Shown: piece after piece, positions 37,170 to 47,043 of the stretch
Position numbering within the stretch: position 1 is the first letter of the stretch
Layout of the letters: each line of letters starts with the position of its first letter
Assembly (NCBI GenBank): GCA_963826075.1
Contig: CAWGVQ010000011.1
Coordinates: 54,390-118,389, forward strand
Reading direction: 5' to 3'
From: an uncultured Chloroflexia bacterium
GTDB taxonomy: Bacteria > Chloroflexota > Ktedonobacteria > Ktedonobacterales > JADMIN01
DNA length: 64,000 nucleotides
Made by a program: the position numbers and the translations under genes
The notes under the pieces: generated by a model
Told to the model about the DNA's origin: nothing
The model's database searches: none
What the model saw: the letters and a program-made list of their open reading frames with translations, nothing else

Positions 37170-38237
37170 GTGACGGTACAGTGTAGGTTTGGAGGGATGT
37201 TAGTGGGTGAGACCGCTGGAGTTGAGATAGCCACGGCAACAGATGTGGTGGCGTTAACTGAGCTGCGCCTCCGCACCGGTTGGTATGCCAGCGCTGAATT
37301 GCTGAGCGCACTGGTAGAGTGGGAGCGGGCCCGTATCTTGCTGGTGCGAGCTTCGGCAGTCGATCCGCACTCAACTAATCCAGCGCAGGTTATCGCCTCC
37401 ACCAGCGCTATTGCCGCCGGTGGGGTGGGTATTGTCGGTAATGTAGCCGTGGATGCAGAGTTTCGCAGGCGCGGTCTCGCTCGTACCACCACCAGTGCCG
37501 CGCTGGAGTGGCTACGCCGGAGTGGGGTACGGAGCGCTCTGCTAGACGCCACCAAGGACGGGCAACCGTTGTATACCCATCTGGGCTTTACGCCGCTTCG
37601 AAGATCCTGGCATCTCCAGGTGCAACTACGGCGACTCGAGCGGTACCAGCTGGCGGAGCTTGCTGGAGCAACCAGGTCCGAGGTGCGCCATGCTAGGGAT
37701 CTAGCACTGGTGCGCGCCCTGGACCTGGCGGCTTATGGGAGTGACCGCAGCGAATTGCTGGCCTTGATGCTTCGTTCGCCCAACAACTGGCTGGTCATCG
37801 CCAGAGACTCCGGCGCTCCGTGGGATGAGCCATCTGGCTACCTGGTATATGGGGGCCTGCGGGATACGCTGCCGTCGCATAGTCACCCCAGTATCCATCT
37901 GGGGCCGCTGGTAGCGAAAAACCAGGCGGCAGCCGCGGCGCTGCTGGCTTCGGTACTGCGTGAGGATGCGCCGTGGCGACGGGCCGTAGCGCCGGACGTT
38001 CACGAAGCAGTGGAAATCCGCGCTGCGGTGCCTGGCGTAGCGGACCAAATCCTGGCTTTCTACCGGTCAGTGGGACTTCCGCTCGCCGAAGACGACCTGA
38101 TCATGCAGTTAGACTTTGGGGCGCAAACACCGCTGGGCCGGTATGAACCCGACCAGCTGAAGCCCATGCCGGAGTTACTGCCGTATCCAGGCGATCCAGC
38201 CTTGGTCTATTCCTGGTTGGCACCGATGTCTTTCTGA
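37170..38237 (+). CDS. GNAT-family N-acetyltransferase with a second GNAT-like C-terminal domain
   Basis: Acetyl-CoA motif VAVDAEFRRRGLARTTTSAALEWL. Start uncertain (GTG 37170, ATG 37197 or GTG 37203). Confidence 0.72.
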   Translation: MTVQCRFGGMLVGETAGVEIATATDVVALTELRLRTGWYASAELLSALVEWERARILLVRASAVDPHSTNPAQVIASTSAIAAGGVGIVGNVAVDAEFRRRGLARTTTSAALEWLRRSGVRSALLDATKDGQPLYTHLGFTPLRRSWHLQVQLRRLERYQLAELAGATRSEVRHARDLALVRALDLAAYGSDRSELLALMLRSPNNWLVIARDSGAPWDEPSGYLVYGGLRDTLPSHSHPSIHLGPLVAKNQAAAAALLASVLREDAPWRRAVAPDVHEAVEIRAAVPGVADQILAFYRSVGLPLAEDDLIMQLDFGAQTPLGRYEPDQLKPMPELLPYPGDPALVYSWLAPMSF

Positions 38238-38256
38238 TTGCCCGGCACTGGAGCAG

Positions 38257-40269
38257 CTACTCGGCAATAAGTTCGGCAAGCTCATCGTCCCGCGCTTCCG
38301 CCTCGTCCGCCCCCGTGAGCTCGGGTTGCGAGCTGAACTGCTCGCGGTACAGCTTCGCGTAAAGACCGTCCTGCTCGATAAGTTCGGGATGCGTGCCGCG
38401 CTCAACGATCTGTCCGCCGGAGACCACCAGTATTTGATCCGCGGCCAGGATTGTCGAGAGCCGGTGGGCGATCGCGATCGTTGTGCGATGCTGCTGCAGC
38501 AGGTCTTCCAGCGCGGCCTGTATCAGCCGTTCAGAGTGTGTATCAAGGGAGCTGGTTGCCTCGTCCAGAATGAGTATGTGGGGATCCTTCAAGATGACGC
38601 GAGCAATAGCGATTCGCTGTTTTTCGCCTCCGGACAGTTTGTAACCACGCTCGCCAACCACGGTGTCGTACCCTTCAGGTAGCTCCATGATGCGTTCGTG
38701 GATGGCCGCTGCACGGGCTGCCGCTTCCATCTCTTCTTGGGTGGCATCCGGGCGAGCGTATAGCAGATTCTCGCGTATGGTGGAGTGGAAGAGATAGGTC
38801 TCCTGGGTGACCACTCCGATGGTTTGGCCGAGACTTTCCAGAGTGACGTCACGCACATCATGGCCGTCTATAGTAACCGAACCGCTGTCCACATCGTAGA
38901 GCCGCGGTACCAGATAGGTGATGGTGGTCTTGCCGGCGCCGCTTGGACCCACCAACGCGGTCAACTGGCCGGGTTTGATCTGAAACGACACATTGTTGAG
39001 GGTGGGCCGTTCAAGGTTGGGACTATAGCGGAACGTGACCTGGTTGAATGCAACCTCGCCGTTGACGGTCGCCGGGTCGAGCGCAAAGGCGCCAGGCTTG
39101 TCGGTGATTTCGAGCGGCATATCCAGGTACTCAAAGATGCGGTCAAAGAGCGCAAAAGCTCCCTGCCACTGCACCTGTATGGTCAGGAGTTGGCCGATGG
39201 GAAAGTAGAGCCGGCTCTGCAGCGTGGTAAAAGCCACCAGCGTGCCAATGACGTCTCCCAGGTCCGAGCGCGGTACCGGCGTGTGTCCAGGCCCAAAACT
39301 GATGTAGCCATAGACTAGATATATCAATGCCGGCATGATCGAGAAAAAGGTCGAGATAAAGGCAAAGAACCAGCGACCTACCATCTGCTGGCGAATCTCA
39401 AGGCCGACCAACCGCTCATTCTCTCTGTCAAACTTTGCCACCTGGTGGCGCTGCCGTCCGAAGGTCTTGGTTAGGAGCACACCGCTAACCGAGACCGTTT
39501 CTTCTACCATTGCCGTGAGGTCTGCCAGCGATTCCTGGGTATCCTTGCTAATGGTGCGGCGCACATTGCCGACCCGATAGGTCAACCAGAGGAACAGCGG
39601 TAGCATCCCTAGCGAGAGTAGCGTCAGCTGCCAGGAGAGCACCAGCATGCCGACTATGGTTGATAGGGCAATGGTGAAATTGGAGACAATCGAAGCTGCG
39701 GTATCAGTGACGACTGATTGCACCCCACCAATATCGTTGGAGATGCGAGACTGGATCTCACCAGTACGAGTATTGGTGAAGAATTTAAGTGGCATCTGCT
39801 GCAGGTGCGAGTAGAGCTGGTTGCGCAAGTCTCGCATCACCCGTTGGCCGATGACCGTATTGAGAAAAGTCTGCCCCACTCCAATCAGGCTGCTGATGAC
39901 CGGTGTAATCACCATCACGGCGACGAAGATGGCCAAAAGACCAAATCGCTCCTGGCCAAAGCCGATGGAGATGGAATATTTGAGCATGTAGGGGTTGACG
40001 ATCCCCAGCACGCCGGTGAGCATGATCGCCAGTAAGACGACGAGAACCTGTCGCCAGTACGGTTTAAAGGCGGCTACCACGCGGCGCACCGTGCGAGAAT
40101 CCGTCTTGTGTTCTGGTTTTTCCCCGGATCCCGATAGCCTGCCGTACCGACCACCACCTGCCATGCCATGCATCATCATGAGAGTTACCCTTGGGTCTAA
40201 GCTATGTACACGCTGCTTACTGCAGAAGTCTCGAGCCCGAGCATACCATACCGGGGGAGTGGGCTTCAC
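38257..40269 (-). CDS. ABC exporter, fused TMD-NBD half-transporter (MsbA/multidrug type)
   Basis: 6-TM ABC_membrane domain. Walker A GPSGAGKTT, signature LSGGEKQRIAIAR, Walker B ILILDEATS. The true start is probably at the internal MMMHG (about 40179). Confidence 0.9.
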   Translation of the reverse strand: MKPTPPVWYARARDFCSKQRVHSLDPRVTLMMMHGMAGGGRYGRLSGSGEKPEHKTDSRTVRRVVAAFKPYWRQVLVVLLAIMLTGVLGIVNPYMLKYSISIGFGQERFGLLAIFVAVMVITPVISSLIGVGQTFLNTVIGQRVMRDLRNQLYSHLQQMPLKFFTNTRTGEIQSRISNDIGGVQSVVTDTAASIVSNFTIALSTIVGMLVLSWQLTLLSLGMLPLFLWLTYRVGNVRRTISKDTQESLADLTAMVEETVSVSGVLLTKTFGRQRHQVAKFDRENERLVGLEIRQQMVGRWFFAFISTFFSIMPALIYLVYGYISFGPGHTPVPRSDLGDVIGTLVAFTTLQSRLYFPIGQLLTIQVQWQGAFALFDRIFEYLDMPLEITDKPGAFALDPATVNGEVAFNQVTFRYSPNLERPTLNNVSFQIKPGQLTALVGPSGAGKTTITYLVPRLYDVDSGSVTIDGHDVRDVTLESLGQTIGVVTQETYLFHSTIRENLLYARPDATQEEMEAAARAAAIHERIMELPEGYDTVVGERGYKLSGGEKQRIAIARVILKDPHILILDEATSSLDTHSERLIQAALEDLLQQHRTTIAIAHRLSTILAADQILVVSGGQIVERGTHPELIEQDGLYAKLYREQFSSQPELTGADEAEARDDELAELIAE

Positions 40270-40474
40270 CGGCCATTTGGGCAGTATGGACCGAGCTCCT
40301 TGGGCGGTAGGGGTGCACTTTCTAGATAATTGCTAGATAATTGCCAGGAGAGTCACAGCGGAAGTGGCAGCAGGCAGGTAACCATCCCTATCCGCTGCCA
40401 CTCCATGGGACGAGAATTTACGCTTCCCTGCTACTCTCTCGTCCTCTCTCGCGTTCTGTCCAGTTGGTGCCGGA

Positions 40475-41227
40475 TCAAAGATTCTGCGTGGGTCCTTCAC
40501 CGGTAGGCTGCTCATCCGCAGATCCAGAGGTTGGCGTTTCGCCTTGCCCCAGGAACTGATTGAGCTCAGCTTTGGTGCGCTCGACGATAGCGCGCAGGCG
40601 CGCCAAACGGGCGGGGTCGCCTCCCGACGCCAGCACACCGGCTCGCATGAGGCGCGCGACATCCATGCTCTCGCGTCTGAGCGCTCCGAGTTCCGGCCGA
40701 GCCTCGCGCCAGAATGGCCCACCAGGGCCGCCAAATGGCCCATGGTGCCGGTGACCATGCTCTCCCCAGCCGCGCGGGCCTCGTCCGCCGAAGTCGGCCT
40801 CCTCCGCGCGCTGTTTACGCTGTTCCTCGAGCGCCCCACGGCCGGAGTCGGTCAGGCTATAGACCTTCTTGCCCTCGACATTGGAGCTGCTCAGCCACCC
40901 GCGATCCTCCAGCATCTGAAGAGTGGGATAGACTGCGCCGGCGCTGGGTGTATAGAAGCCCCCGGTTTTCTCTTCCAGTTCCTTGATTAACTCATACCCG
41001 TGCTTGGGCTGTTCCTTCAAAAGATCCATTAAGGCATATTTGAGATCGCCGCGACCAAACATCCTGGGACCCATTGGTGGGGTTCCAGGCCCAAAGCCAA
41101 ACCGGCGCGCCATATGCCATGCCCTCCTACCAAACTCCGGCCCATATCCACGACCAAATCCTGGTCCATACTCGCCCGACCAAGCATATCCTGGTTGTGG
41201 CTCTTCTCCGTACCTAAAGCCAAACAT
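40475..41227 (-). CDS. PadR-family transcriptional regulator with Gly/Phe/Arg-rich N-terminal extension and long C-terminal helical region
   Basis: wHTH LKYALMDLLKEQPKHGYELIKELEEKTGGFYTPSAGAVYPTLQMLEDRGWL. ATG 41227 follows GGCGGAG. The ORF-track TTG 41245 is rejected. Confidence 0.88.
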   Translation of the reverse strand: MFGFRYGEEPQPGYAWSGEYGPGFGRGYGPEFGRRAWHMARRFGFGPGTPPMGPRMFGRGDLKYALMDLLKEQPKHGYELIKELEEKTGGFYTPSAGAVYPTLQMLEDRGWLSSSNVEGKKVYSLTDSGRGALEEQRKQRAEEADFGGRGPRGWGEHGHRHHGPFGGPGGPFWREARPELGALRRESMDVARLMRAGVLASGGDPARLARLRAIVERTKAELNQFLGQGETPTSGSADEQPTGEGPTQNL

Positions 41228-41267
41228 TGTTTCTCCGCCTTTCAAAACGTAGCTGCACGTTTAGAAT

Positions 41268-41308
41268 AAGATATATCTAGTTATATCTTAATGTCAACGC
41301 GCTGTCAA
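41268..41308 (-). promoter_or_regulatory. Candidate padR promoter with overlapping inverted-repeat operator
   Basis: Minus strand: TTGACA (41308-41303), 17-nt spacer, TATAAC (41285-41280). The inverted repeat AAGATATA-N6-TATATCTT (41268-41289) overlaps the -10. Confidence 0.45.
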
Positions 41309-41354
41309 GGCTTTGGAATCCCCGGTGCTCGTACGCCGCACGCGAAGGACAGAA

Positions 41355-41387
41355 TGCTACAATTTTCAGGCCATCTATATCTATAGA
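41355..41387 (+). promoter_or_regulatory. Candidate extended -10 promoter (TGCTACAAT) plus downstream palindrome, upstream of the S9 peptidase gene
   Basis: TGCTACAAT at 41355-41363. Palindrome TCTATA-TC-TATAGA at 41374-41387 shares the 8-mer TATATCTA with the padR operator. Confidence 0.4.
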
Positions 41388-41429
41388 GAAGTCGTTAATA
41401 CCGATGTTGATTGAGAAAAGGCAGACACA

Positions 41430-43478
41430 ATGACCGAAACACGAGTACTGTCCTCATTGGCGCCTGAAGACTTTTGGCATCTGCGCTTCATTACCGAGAT
41501 GCGGTCGGCGCCACATGGACAGAGCATTGCCTATACCGTCGAATGGAGCGACGGGCAGACTAACGAGACCCACTCAGCTATCTGGCTCTACGAGTTTGGC
41601 ACCGGACGGTCCCGCCAGCTAACCGCAGGGCAAAAATGCGATAGCATGCCGCGCTGGTCTCTGGATGGCAGCCAGCTCGCTTTCATAAGCAACCGAGATG
41701 GTGTGCAGAACCAGATCTATGTGCTTCCGCTGGCTGGGGGCGAAGCCAGGCGGGTCACCAGAATGCGCCGGGGAGCTAGCGAGCCGTTCTGGTCAGCCGA
41801 TGGGCGCTGGATAGGATTTGAGAGCGAGGTGTGCCAGGGCGACACACCGACCAGTCCGGACCAGCGGGACACCGCAACCCGCGAGCGCGAAGCCAAGGAA
41901 GAGGCTGAAAAACCGCGTGTCTACTCCCGGCAGCAATATCGCTGGGACGGCAGGGGTTATCTGGAAGGACGTTCCCACCTGTTCCGTGTCTGGTTGGAGA
42001 ACGCCGAGGTCGAAGCCCTAACCGCCGGGGATTATGACAACTCCAGCGGCGCCTGTTCACCTGATGGACGGTGGCTGGCCTTTACTAGCGACCGTTGGCC
42101 GGATCGAGACGCGAACATGGCTACCGACATCTATGTGCTCGACTTGCACGACAATAGTCTGCGGTGCCTCACCAATGGCAGATACGAAGTTGGACGGCTT
42201 ACCTGGTCGCCGGATAGCAGGCACGTGGCCGCCGTCGCTGCGCCAATCGTTGCCGAGCACGCGGCGTATAACCCGGCGCTGCTCGTCGCCCCGGCGCAGG
42301 GAGGAGAGCTACGTAATCTGCTCGAAGGGCAAGATATTAGTATGGCTACCGGCCTGTATGGCGATGTGCCTAGTCCAGATTGCGGCAGGCTGGTGTGGAA
42401 CGGTGACGATGTCTACTGTGTGGTCGAGCGGCGAGGTGGGACCGCCATCTTCTCTCTGTCGACGTCTGGAGATACTCTTCGAGAGATGGTCGCCGAGCCA
42501 CGAAGACACGTCCGGCAAGTGGAACTGGTGCTGCCATCTGCTGATAGCCTGCGCCTGATCGCTCTCTCAGCGAGCGCTACCGATCTCTGGGATATTTGGG
42601 AATATACTGTGGGTGCTAGTCAGGGCTATTCTGGTCCACGACGCCTGACCGCAATCAATGACGATTTCCTTGCAGCACGTAGACTGGTTACTCCTGAGCG
42701 TGTTACCGGCCTTTCCTTCGACGGTACCGAGATTGAGGGCTGGCTCTACCGCCCATCTGGTAGCCTTGAGGCCGCTGCTAGTCCTCTGGTGCTCATCATT
42801 CATGGTGGACCGCATGCGGCTTATGGCGAGTCTTTTATGCTCCGGGCGCAGATACTGGCCGGAAAGGGTTACGCTGCGCTCTACGCCAATCCACGAGGCA
42901 GCACCGGCTATGGCGAGGTCTTTATGCAGGCCTGTGACCACGATTGGGGTGGTGGCGACTTCAGGGATCTCATGGCCGTTCTTGATGCCGCGCTGATCCG
43001 TGGGGGCTTGGACCCCGCGCGGCTAGGCGTGACCGGCGCCAGCTACGGGGGCTACATGACCAACTGGATCGTTGGCCAGACCGATCGTTTCAAGGCCGCC
43101 GTGACCGTACACAGCGTCAGCAACCTTGCCTCGTGCTTCGGTACTGGGGATATCGACTCGTTCTCGGCGGAAGGAGATTACGGCTGGCCCTGGGAACAGG
43201 AGTCATTCTATCGAGAGCGGTCACCTATAACGTATGCAGAGCGTGTTCGCACGCCAATACGGATCATTGCCGCCGAGCGCGACTTTCGCTGCCCAATCTC
43301 ACAGAGTGAAGAATACTATACCTGGCTCAAGAAACGAACGAACGTGCCGGTGGAACTGGTACGCCTGCCGCAGGCAAGCCACCAAGTGTATGCCAGCCCA
43401 AGGCAGCGCATCACCTACCTGAACCTGGTCTTCGAGTGGCTCGAACGCTGGGTTGCAGCGGAACCTCCTCGCGTGTAG
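41430..43478 (+). CDS. S9-family serine peptidase (beta-propeller plus prolyl-oligopeptidase/acylaminoacyl-peptidase catalytic domain)
   Basis: TolB-like repeats (WSLDGSQLAF, WSADGRWIGF, SPDGRWLAFTSDR, WSPDSRHVA). Nucleophile elbow GASYGGYM. C-terminal Asp/His region. Confidence 0.9.
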   Translation: MTETRVLSSLAPEDFWHLRFITEMRSAPHGQSIAYTVEWSDGQTNETHSAIWLYEFGTGRSRQLTAGQKCDSMPRWSLDGSQLAFISNRDGVQNQIYVLPLAGGEARRVTRMRRGASEPFWSADGRWIGFESEVCQGDTPTSPDQRDTATREREAKEEAEKPRVYSRQQYRWDGRGYLEGRSHLFRVWLENAEVEALTAGDYDNSSGACSPDGRWLAFTSDRWPDRDANMATDIYVLDLHDNSLRCLTNGRYEVGRLTWSPDSRHVAAVAAPIVAEHAAYNPALLVAPAQGGELRNLLEGQDISMATGLYGDVPSPDCGRLVWNGDDVYCVVERRGGTAIFSLSTSGDTLREMVAEPRRHVRQVELVLPSADSLRLIALSASATDLWDIWEYTVGASQGYSGPRRLTAINDDFLAARRLVTPERVTGLSFDGTEIEGWLYRPSGSLEAAASPLVLIIHGGPHAAYGESFMLRAQILAGKGYAALYANPRGSTGYGEVFMQACDHDWGGGDFRDLMAVLDAALIRGGLDPARLGVTGASYGGYMTNWIVGQTDRFKAAVTVHSVSNLASCFGTGDIDSFSAEGDYGWPWEQESFYRERSPITYAERVRTPIRIIAAERDFRCPISQSEEYYTWLKKRTNVPVELVRLPQASHQVYASPRQRITYLNLVFEWLERWVAAEPPRV

Positions 43479-43496
43479 GCCGGCTGAAGCCGCCAG

Positions 43497-44126
43497 CTAA
43501 ACCGGCTGGGGAGGCACGTGTAGTGCTTCCCCGATTTCGTTGAGGCGGTCAGCAACGATACCCAACGAGTCCACCGCCGGCGTAATGATACCCAGTTGCT
43601 CGCCGTAGGAATGCAGCATCTGCGCATACTGGAACATTGCCGGAAGGCTGGCTGATATCATACGCAGGAGCCCAAGTGCCTGCTCTCGGCAAGCTGAAAT
43701 CCAGGCGGGGTCGTCAGTCCTTCCGGCCTCGTCATGTCCAACCGCATTGTATTGTTCGGTTATATCGGGGCGCGAAACCGAGTGCCCAAAGCCTTGCACC
43801 AGGGCGTTTTCCATTTCGCCACGAGCAACAGCAAGCAAGCTGCTTACTTCGGCCAGCAGGCGCGCTTCCGGTACCGCTCGTCCGAGAAGCCACCATTCTC
43901 GCACGGCAACCGCGCCCTCGATTTCGCTGACTCGGTGCCACAGTGCTTCGGCTCTTCCTGCCAACGCGTCAATGCGCTCTCCCGCCCCATTGCTGGGCGT
44001 ATCGTTTCCCTCGACGAATTGCATGCGTCCAGCGCCCAATGATGAGGGCATCATGTCGACAACCTCCTGCTGTGTCCGTGTAAGACGGCTTGATGGCTCT
44101 CGTTTGCGGTATTCTCGCATCCGCAC
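43497..44126 (-). CDS. Hypothetical soluble, predicted helical protein
   Basis: ORF only. Start uncertain. No motif recognised. Confidence 0.45.
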   Translation of the reverse strand: MRMREYRKREPSSRLTRTQQEVVDMMPSSLGAGRMQFVEGNDTPSNGAGERIDALAGRAEALWHRVSEIEGAVAVREWWLLGRAVPEARLLAEVSSLLAVARGEMENALVQGFGHSVSRPDITEQYNAVGHDEAGRTDDPAWISACREQALGLLRMISASLPAMFQYAQMLHSYGEQLGIITPAVDSLGIVADRLNEIGEALHVPPQPV

Positions 44127-44190
44127 TGTAGCACAAAATGGTCATGAGTCAAGACAATTTGGCGGTTTCAACGGTGAGCGAACGATGCCG

Positions 44191-44895
44191 TCACCCCGGT
44201 GTCCCAATAAAGTTGCTATCGCGTTTGATCATCCAGCTTCCGTCAAGCTGTACGAAAGTCATGAGGCAAGAGTAGGTCACGTTTGGTGTACCTGACCGGT
44301 GCATCACAAACTCGAATTGCACTTCTGGGGAAGTTGGGGCAGTTCCGTTTAGAACCAGCTGATGTTGCTGGCAGAATGTCACTGGCCCAAAATTGGCGTC
44401 CAGACTCTTGAGCTCGTTCACCAGCTCGTTCTTGGCGTCGGCGTCGAATGGGCCGCTGGCGGTGTTGCCGCCTGGGAGTGGCGTGGCTCCAGCCACCGGG
44501 CTTGGGTCTATCTGGTTAATAAGCAGTTGATAATTCTGTGCCGTATAGGCAGTGCAGACGCGCTCTGCAATATCAGTTACGGTGGGAGTTTCCGTCACCT
44601 GCTGCAGCAATGTGTACGAGCTGGCTCCAGCAACCCCCAGAAGCAGCAGCGAGATAACCAGTAGTACCCAGAGCCTAAGCTGGCCATGTCCCGCACGCGA
44701 TGGCTGCGTAGAAGCCTGTTCTCCCACTATTACCTCTCGCTTCTGGCGCCGCAACCCATGCTGCTGGCTGCCCTCGGGACCGCACTCCCGCGTGTAGTCT
44801 ATCAGCCGTATGTATTCAACGTCAACGCGAGTGGTAGTTCCCCGCCCTACCACTCGCGTCTGCTCTACGCCGTATAGTTGGAGGGTGATCGTCAC
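44191..44895 (-). CDS. Hypothetical membrane-anchored protein, paralogous in architecture to the 3608..4393 product
   Basis: TM LWVLLVISLLLLGVAGA. Ectodomain motifs AQNYQLLI, NFGPVT and DGSW match QRNYALI, YYGPVT and AGSW of the 3608 protein. Confidence 0.6.
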   Translation of the reverse strand: MTITLQLYGVEQTRVVGRGTTTRVDVEYIRLIDYTRECGPEGSQQHGLRRQKREVIVGEQASTQPSRAGHGQLRLWVLLVISLLLLGVAGASSYTLLQQVTETPTVTDIAERVCTAYTAQNYQLLINQIDPSPVAGATPLPGGNTASGPFDADAKNELVNELKSLDANFGPVTFCQQHQLVLNGTAPTSPEVQFEFVMHRSGTPNVTYSCLMTFVQLDGSWMIKRDSNFIGTPG

Positions 44896-45065
44896 GCTGC
44901 CGGTGGCTGCCTCTTCAGAGGCTGTCGCTCATTCATAGTGAGTTTACACTCCCGGAGTATGGTCACGGATGAATATGGTCTGTAGAAGCGGTCGTAGATC
45001 CGCTGACGGAATAGCTCGCGAAGGCGAAGGCACTACGTGCCAGTACCGGGAGTAGGTGATAATCA

Positions 45066-46958
45066 ATGGCGGCTCGGCGGGGCATTGTCGATGTGGAGGA
45101 AACGTCACTGGGCGGACGGCCAACAACCGAACGGATCAAAACCGAGAGACCACAAAAATCGCGGCAGGATAGCTCCGCGTTCTTGAAAGTGATTGGTCTG
45201 TTACGCCCCTATGCCTGGCAACTGGCGATTGCCGGCATACTGCTCATTCTCACCAATGGCCTGGGATTAATCTTTCCATTGGTTATTCGCACCTTACTGG
45301 ATACGGTGCTGGTTCAGCGGAACGCTGCGCAGCTCAATAAGCTGGTCGGAGTGCTGGCAGTCATTTTTCTGGCACAGGCTCTCATTGGGACCGGTCAAGG
45401 CTATATGGTGACTGCCATAGGCGAGCGGCTCTCCTTTGGCTTGCGGACTAGCCTCTTTCGCCATCTGCAATTAATGCCGCTCAGTTTCTTTGACCAGCGA
45501 CGCACTGGCGAACTCATGAGCCGAGTCACTAATGACGTCTCGCTCCTGCAGACCTCTCTCACCTCGAATGTGCTTCCTCTGGCATCAGAGGTTGTGGTGC
45601 TGCTAGGCAGCGTGGCGATCACGCTTACGATCAATTGGCGTTTCACACTGCTGGCTATGGTGGTGGCGCCGGCGGCAGGTCTGGCCGCCTCAGTGCTGGG
45701 AAGGCGCATCCGGCGAACCACTCGCGGGGTGCAAGAGGGCCTGGGAGACGCCGGTATCGTTCTGGAAGAGGTGCTCTCAGCCCCCCGTGTTGTCAAGGCG
45801 TTTAACCGTGAAGATTACGAGGTAGGGCGATTTGATCAGCAGATGCGTAGGTCACTGGTGCAGGCACTGCGGCGCGCCGCTGCCCAGGCGGTGCTAGGCC
45901 CGCTTAGCGGGCTCATCGCCTTCGCTGGTGTCACGCTGGTGATCTGGTTCGGCGGGCAGGAAGTTGTGGCCGGCCGGCTGAGCGCGGGAGACTTGATTGC
46001 TTTTATCTTTTACATGGTGCTGGTGATTGGCCCGCTGGTTTCTCTCTCCACTATTTATTCACAGATTCAGGCAGCGCTGGCCGCCTCGGAGCGGATTTTT
46101 GAGCTTTTGGACCAGCCCACTGAAGCGAATATGGCCCAGTCTACTTTGCCGATGTTGCCGATGGCCAGTGGTGAGCTGACCTTCGAGCGCGTGTCGTTTA
46201 CCTATCCCGCGACTCCCAGTGAGACCGAGCCGGCATCAAGGCGGCCCGCAGTGCTGCGAGATGTGAGTTTCAGCGTGCTGCCTGGGCAGGTGGTGGCTCT
46301 AGTGGGCCCAAGCGGCGCCGGCAAGACCACCACTCTTAGCCTTTTACTCCGCCTCTATGAAATAGACAGCGGGGCCATAAAGCTGGATGGAATTGATATT
46401 CGCTCGGTGCGAGTGCAGTCTTTACGGGAACAGATGGCGCTAGTGCCGCAGGAGCCCGTACTCTTTGGCGATTCGATTGCCGAAAATATACGTTATGGCC
46501 GCCTGGACGCTACCGATGCAGATCTGCATCAGGCTGCTGCTGCGGCTAACGCGCTCGGCTTCATCACCGACTTACCTGATGGGCTGTCGACAGTGGTTGG
46601 TGAGCGCGGCGTAAAACTCTCCGCCGGCCAGCGCCAGCGGATAGCCATTGCGCGTGCACTATTGCACAACCCGCGAATCCTGTTGCTGGATGAAGCCACG
46701 GCTTCACTGGACAATGAGTCGGAGGCTTTAGTGCAGGACGCTCTCACTCGGCTGATGCGCGGCCGCACGACGCTGGTGGTGGCGCATCGCCTGACCACAG
46801 TGGAGCGCGCTGACCAGATACTGGTGCTGGACCAGGGTGAGATTGTGGAACGCGGTACTCATGCCGAGCTGATGGAGCTGGACGGACTGTATAGAAGGCT
46901 CTATACTCGTAACTTCGAGGATGCCGACGGCCACACGTTAAGCTCCATTGATCATTAA
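45066..46958 (+). CDS. ABC exporter, fused TMD-NBD half-transporter (MsbA/multidrug type)
   Basis: Walker A GPSGAGKTT, signature LSAGQRQRIAIAR, Walker B ILLLDEATA, H-loop VVAHRL. Confidence 0.9.
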   Translation: MAARRGIVDVEETSLGGRPTTERIKTERPQKSRQDSSAFLKVIGLLRPYAWQLAIAGILLILTNGLGLIFPLVIRTLLDTVLVQRNAAQLNKLVGVLAVIFLAQALIGTGQGYMVTAIGERLSFGLRTSLFRHLQLMPLSFFDQRRTGELMSRVTNDVSLLQTSLTSNVLPLASEVVVLLGSVAITLTINWRFTLLAMVVAPAAGLAASVLGRRIRRTTRGVQEGLGDAGIVLEEVLSAPRVVKAFNREDYEVGRFDQQMRRSLVQALRRAAAQAVLGPLSGLIAFAGVTLVIWFGGQEVVAGRLSAGDLIAFIFYMVLVIGPLVSLSTIYSQIQAALAASERIFELLDQPTEANMAQSTLPMLPMASGELTFERVSFTYPATPSETEPASRRPAVLRDVSFSVLPGQVVALVGPSGAGKTTTLSLLLRLYEIDSGAIKLDGIDIRSVRVQSLREQMALVPQEPVLFGDSIAENIRYGRLDATDADLHQAAAAANALGFITDLPDGLSTVVGERGVKLSAGQRQRIAIARALLHNPRILLLDEATASLDNESEALVQDALTRLMRGRTTLVVAHRLTTVERADQILVLDQGEIVERGTHAELMELDGLYRRLYTRNFEDADGHTLSSIDH

Positions 46959-46986
46959 ACACCCAGGTGATAGAACACCCAGGTGA
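46958..46986. repeat. 13-bp direct repeat AACACCCAGGTGA x2 separated by 3 bp
   Basis: Copies at 46958-46970 and 46974-46986, between the ABC exporter stop and the ctaG start. Confidence 0.9.
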
Positions 46987-47043
46987 CGCATCCAGAACAC
47001 GTGCACTATACTATAGAGCAAGGTTTACGACAGAGGTTGGTCT

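Noticed and set aside
40333-40839. 168-aa minus-strand ORF overlapping the 3' part of padR and the padR-exporter spacer.
   Set aside because: It is out of frame with the strongly supported PadR gene, has Arg/Ser/Ala-rich composition and shows no motif. It is a GC-rich artefact.
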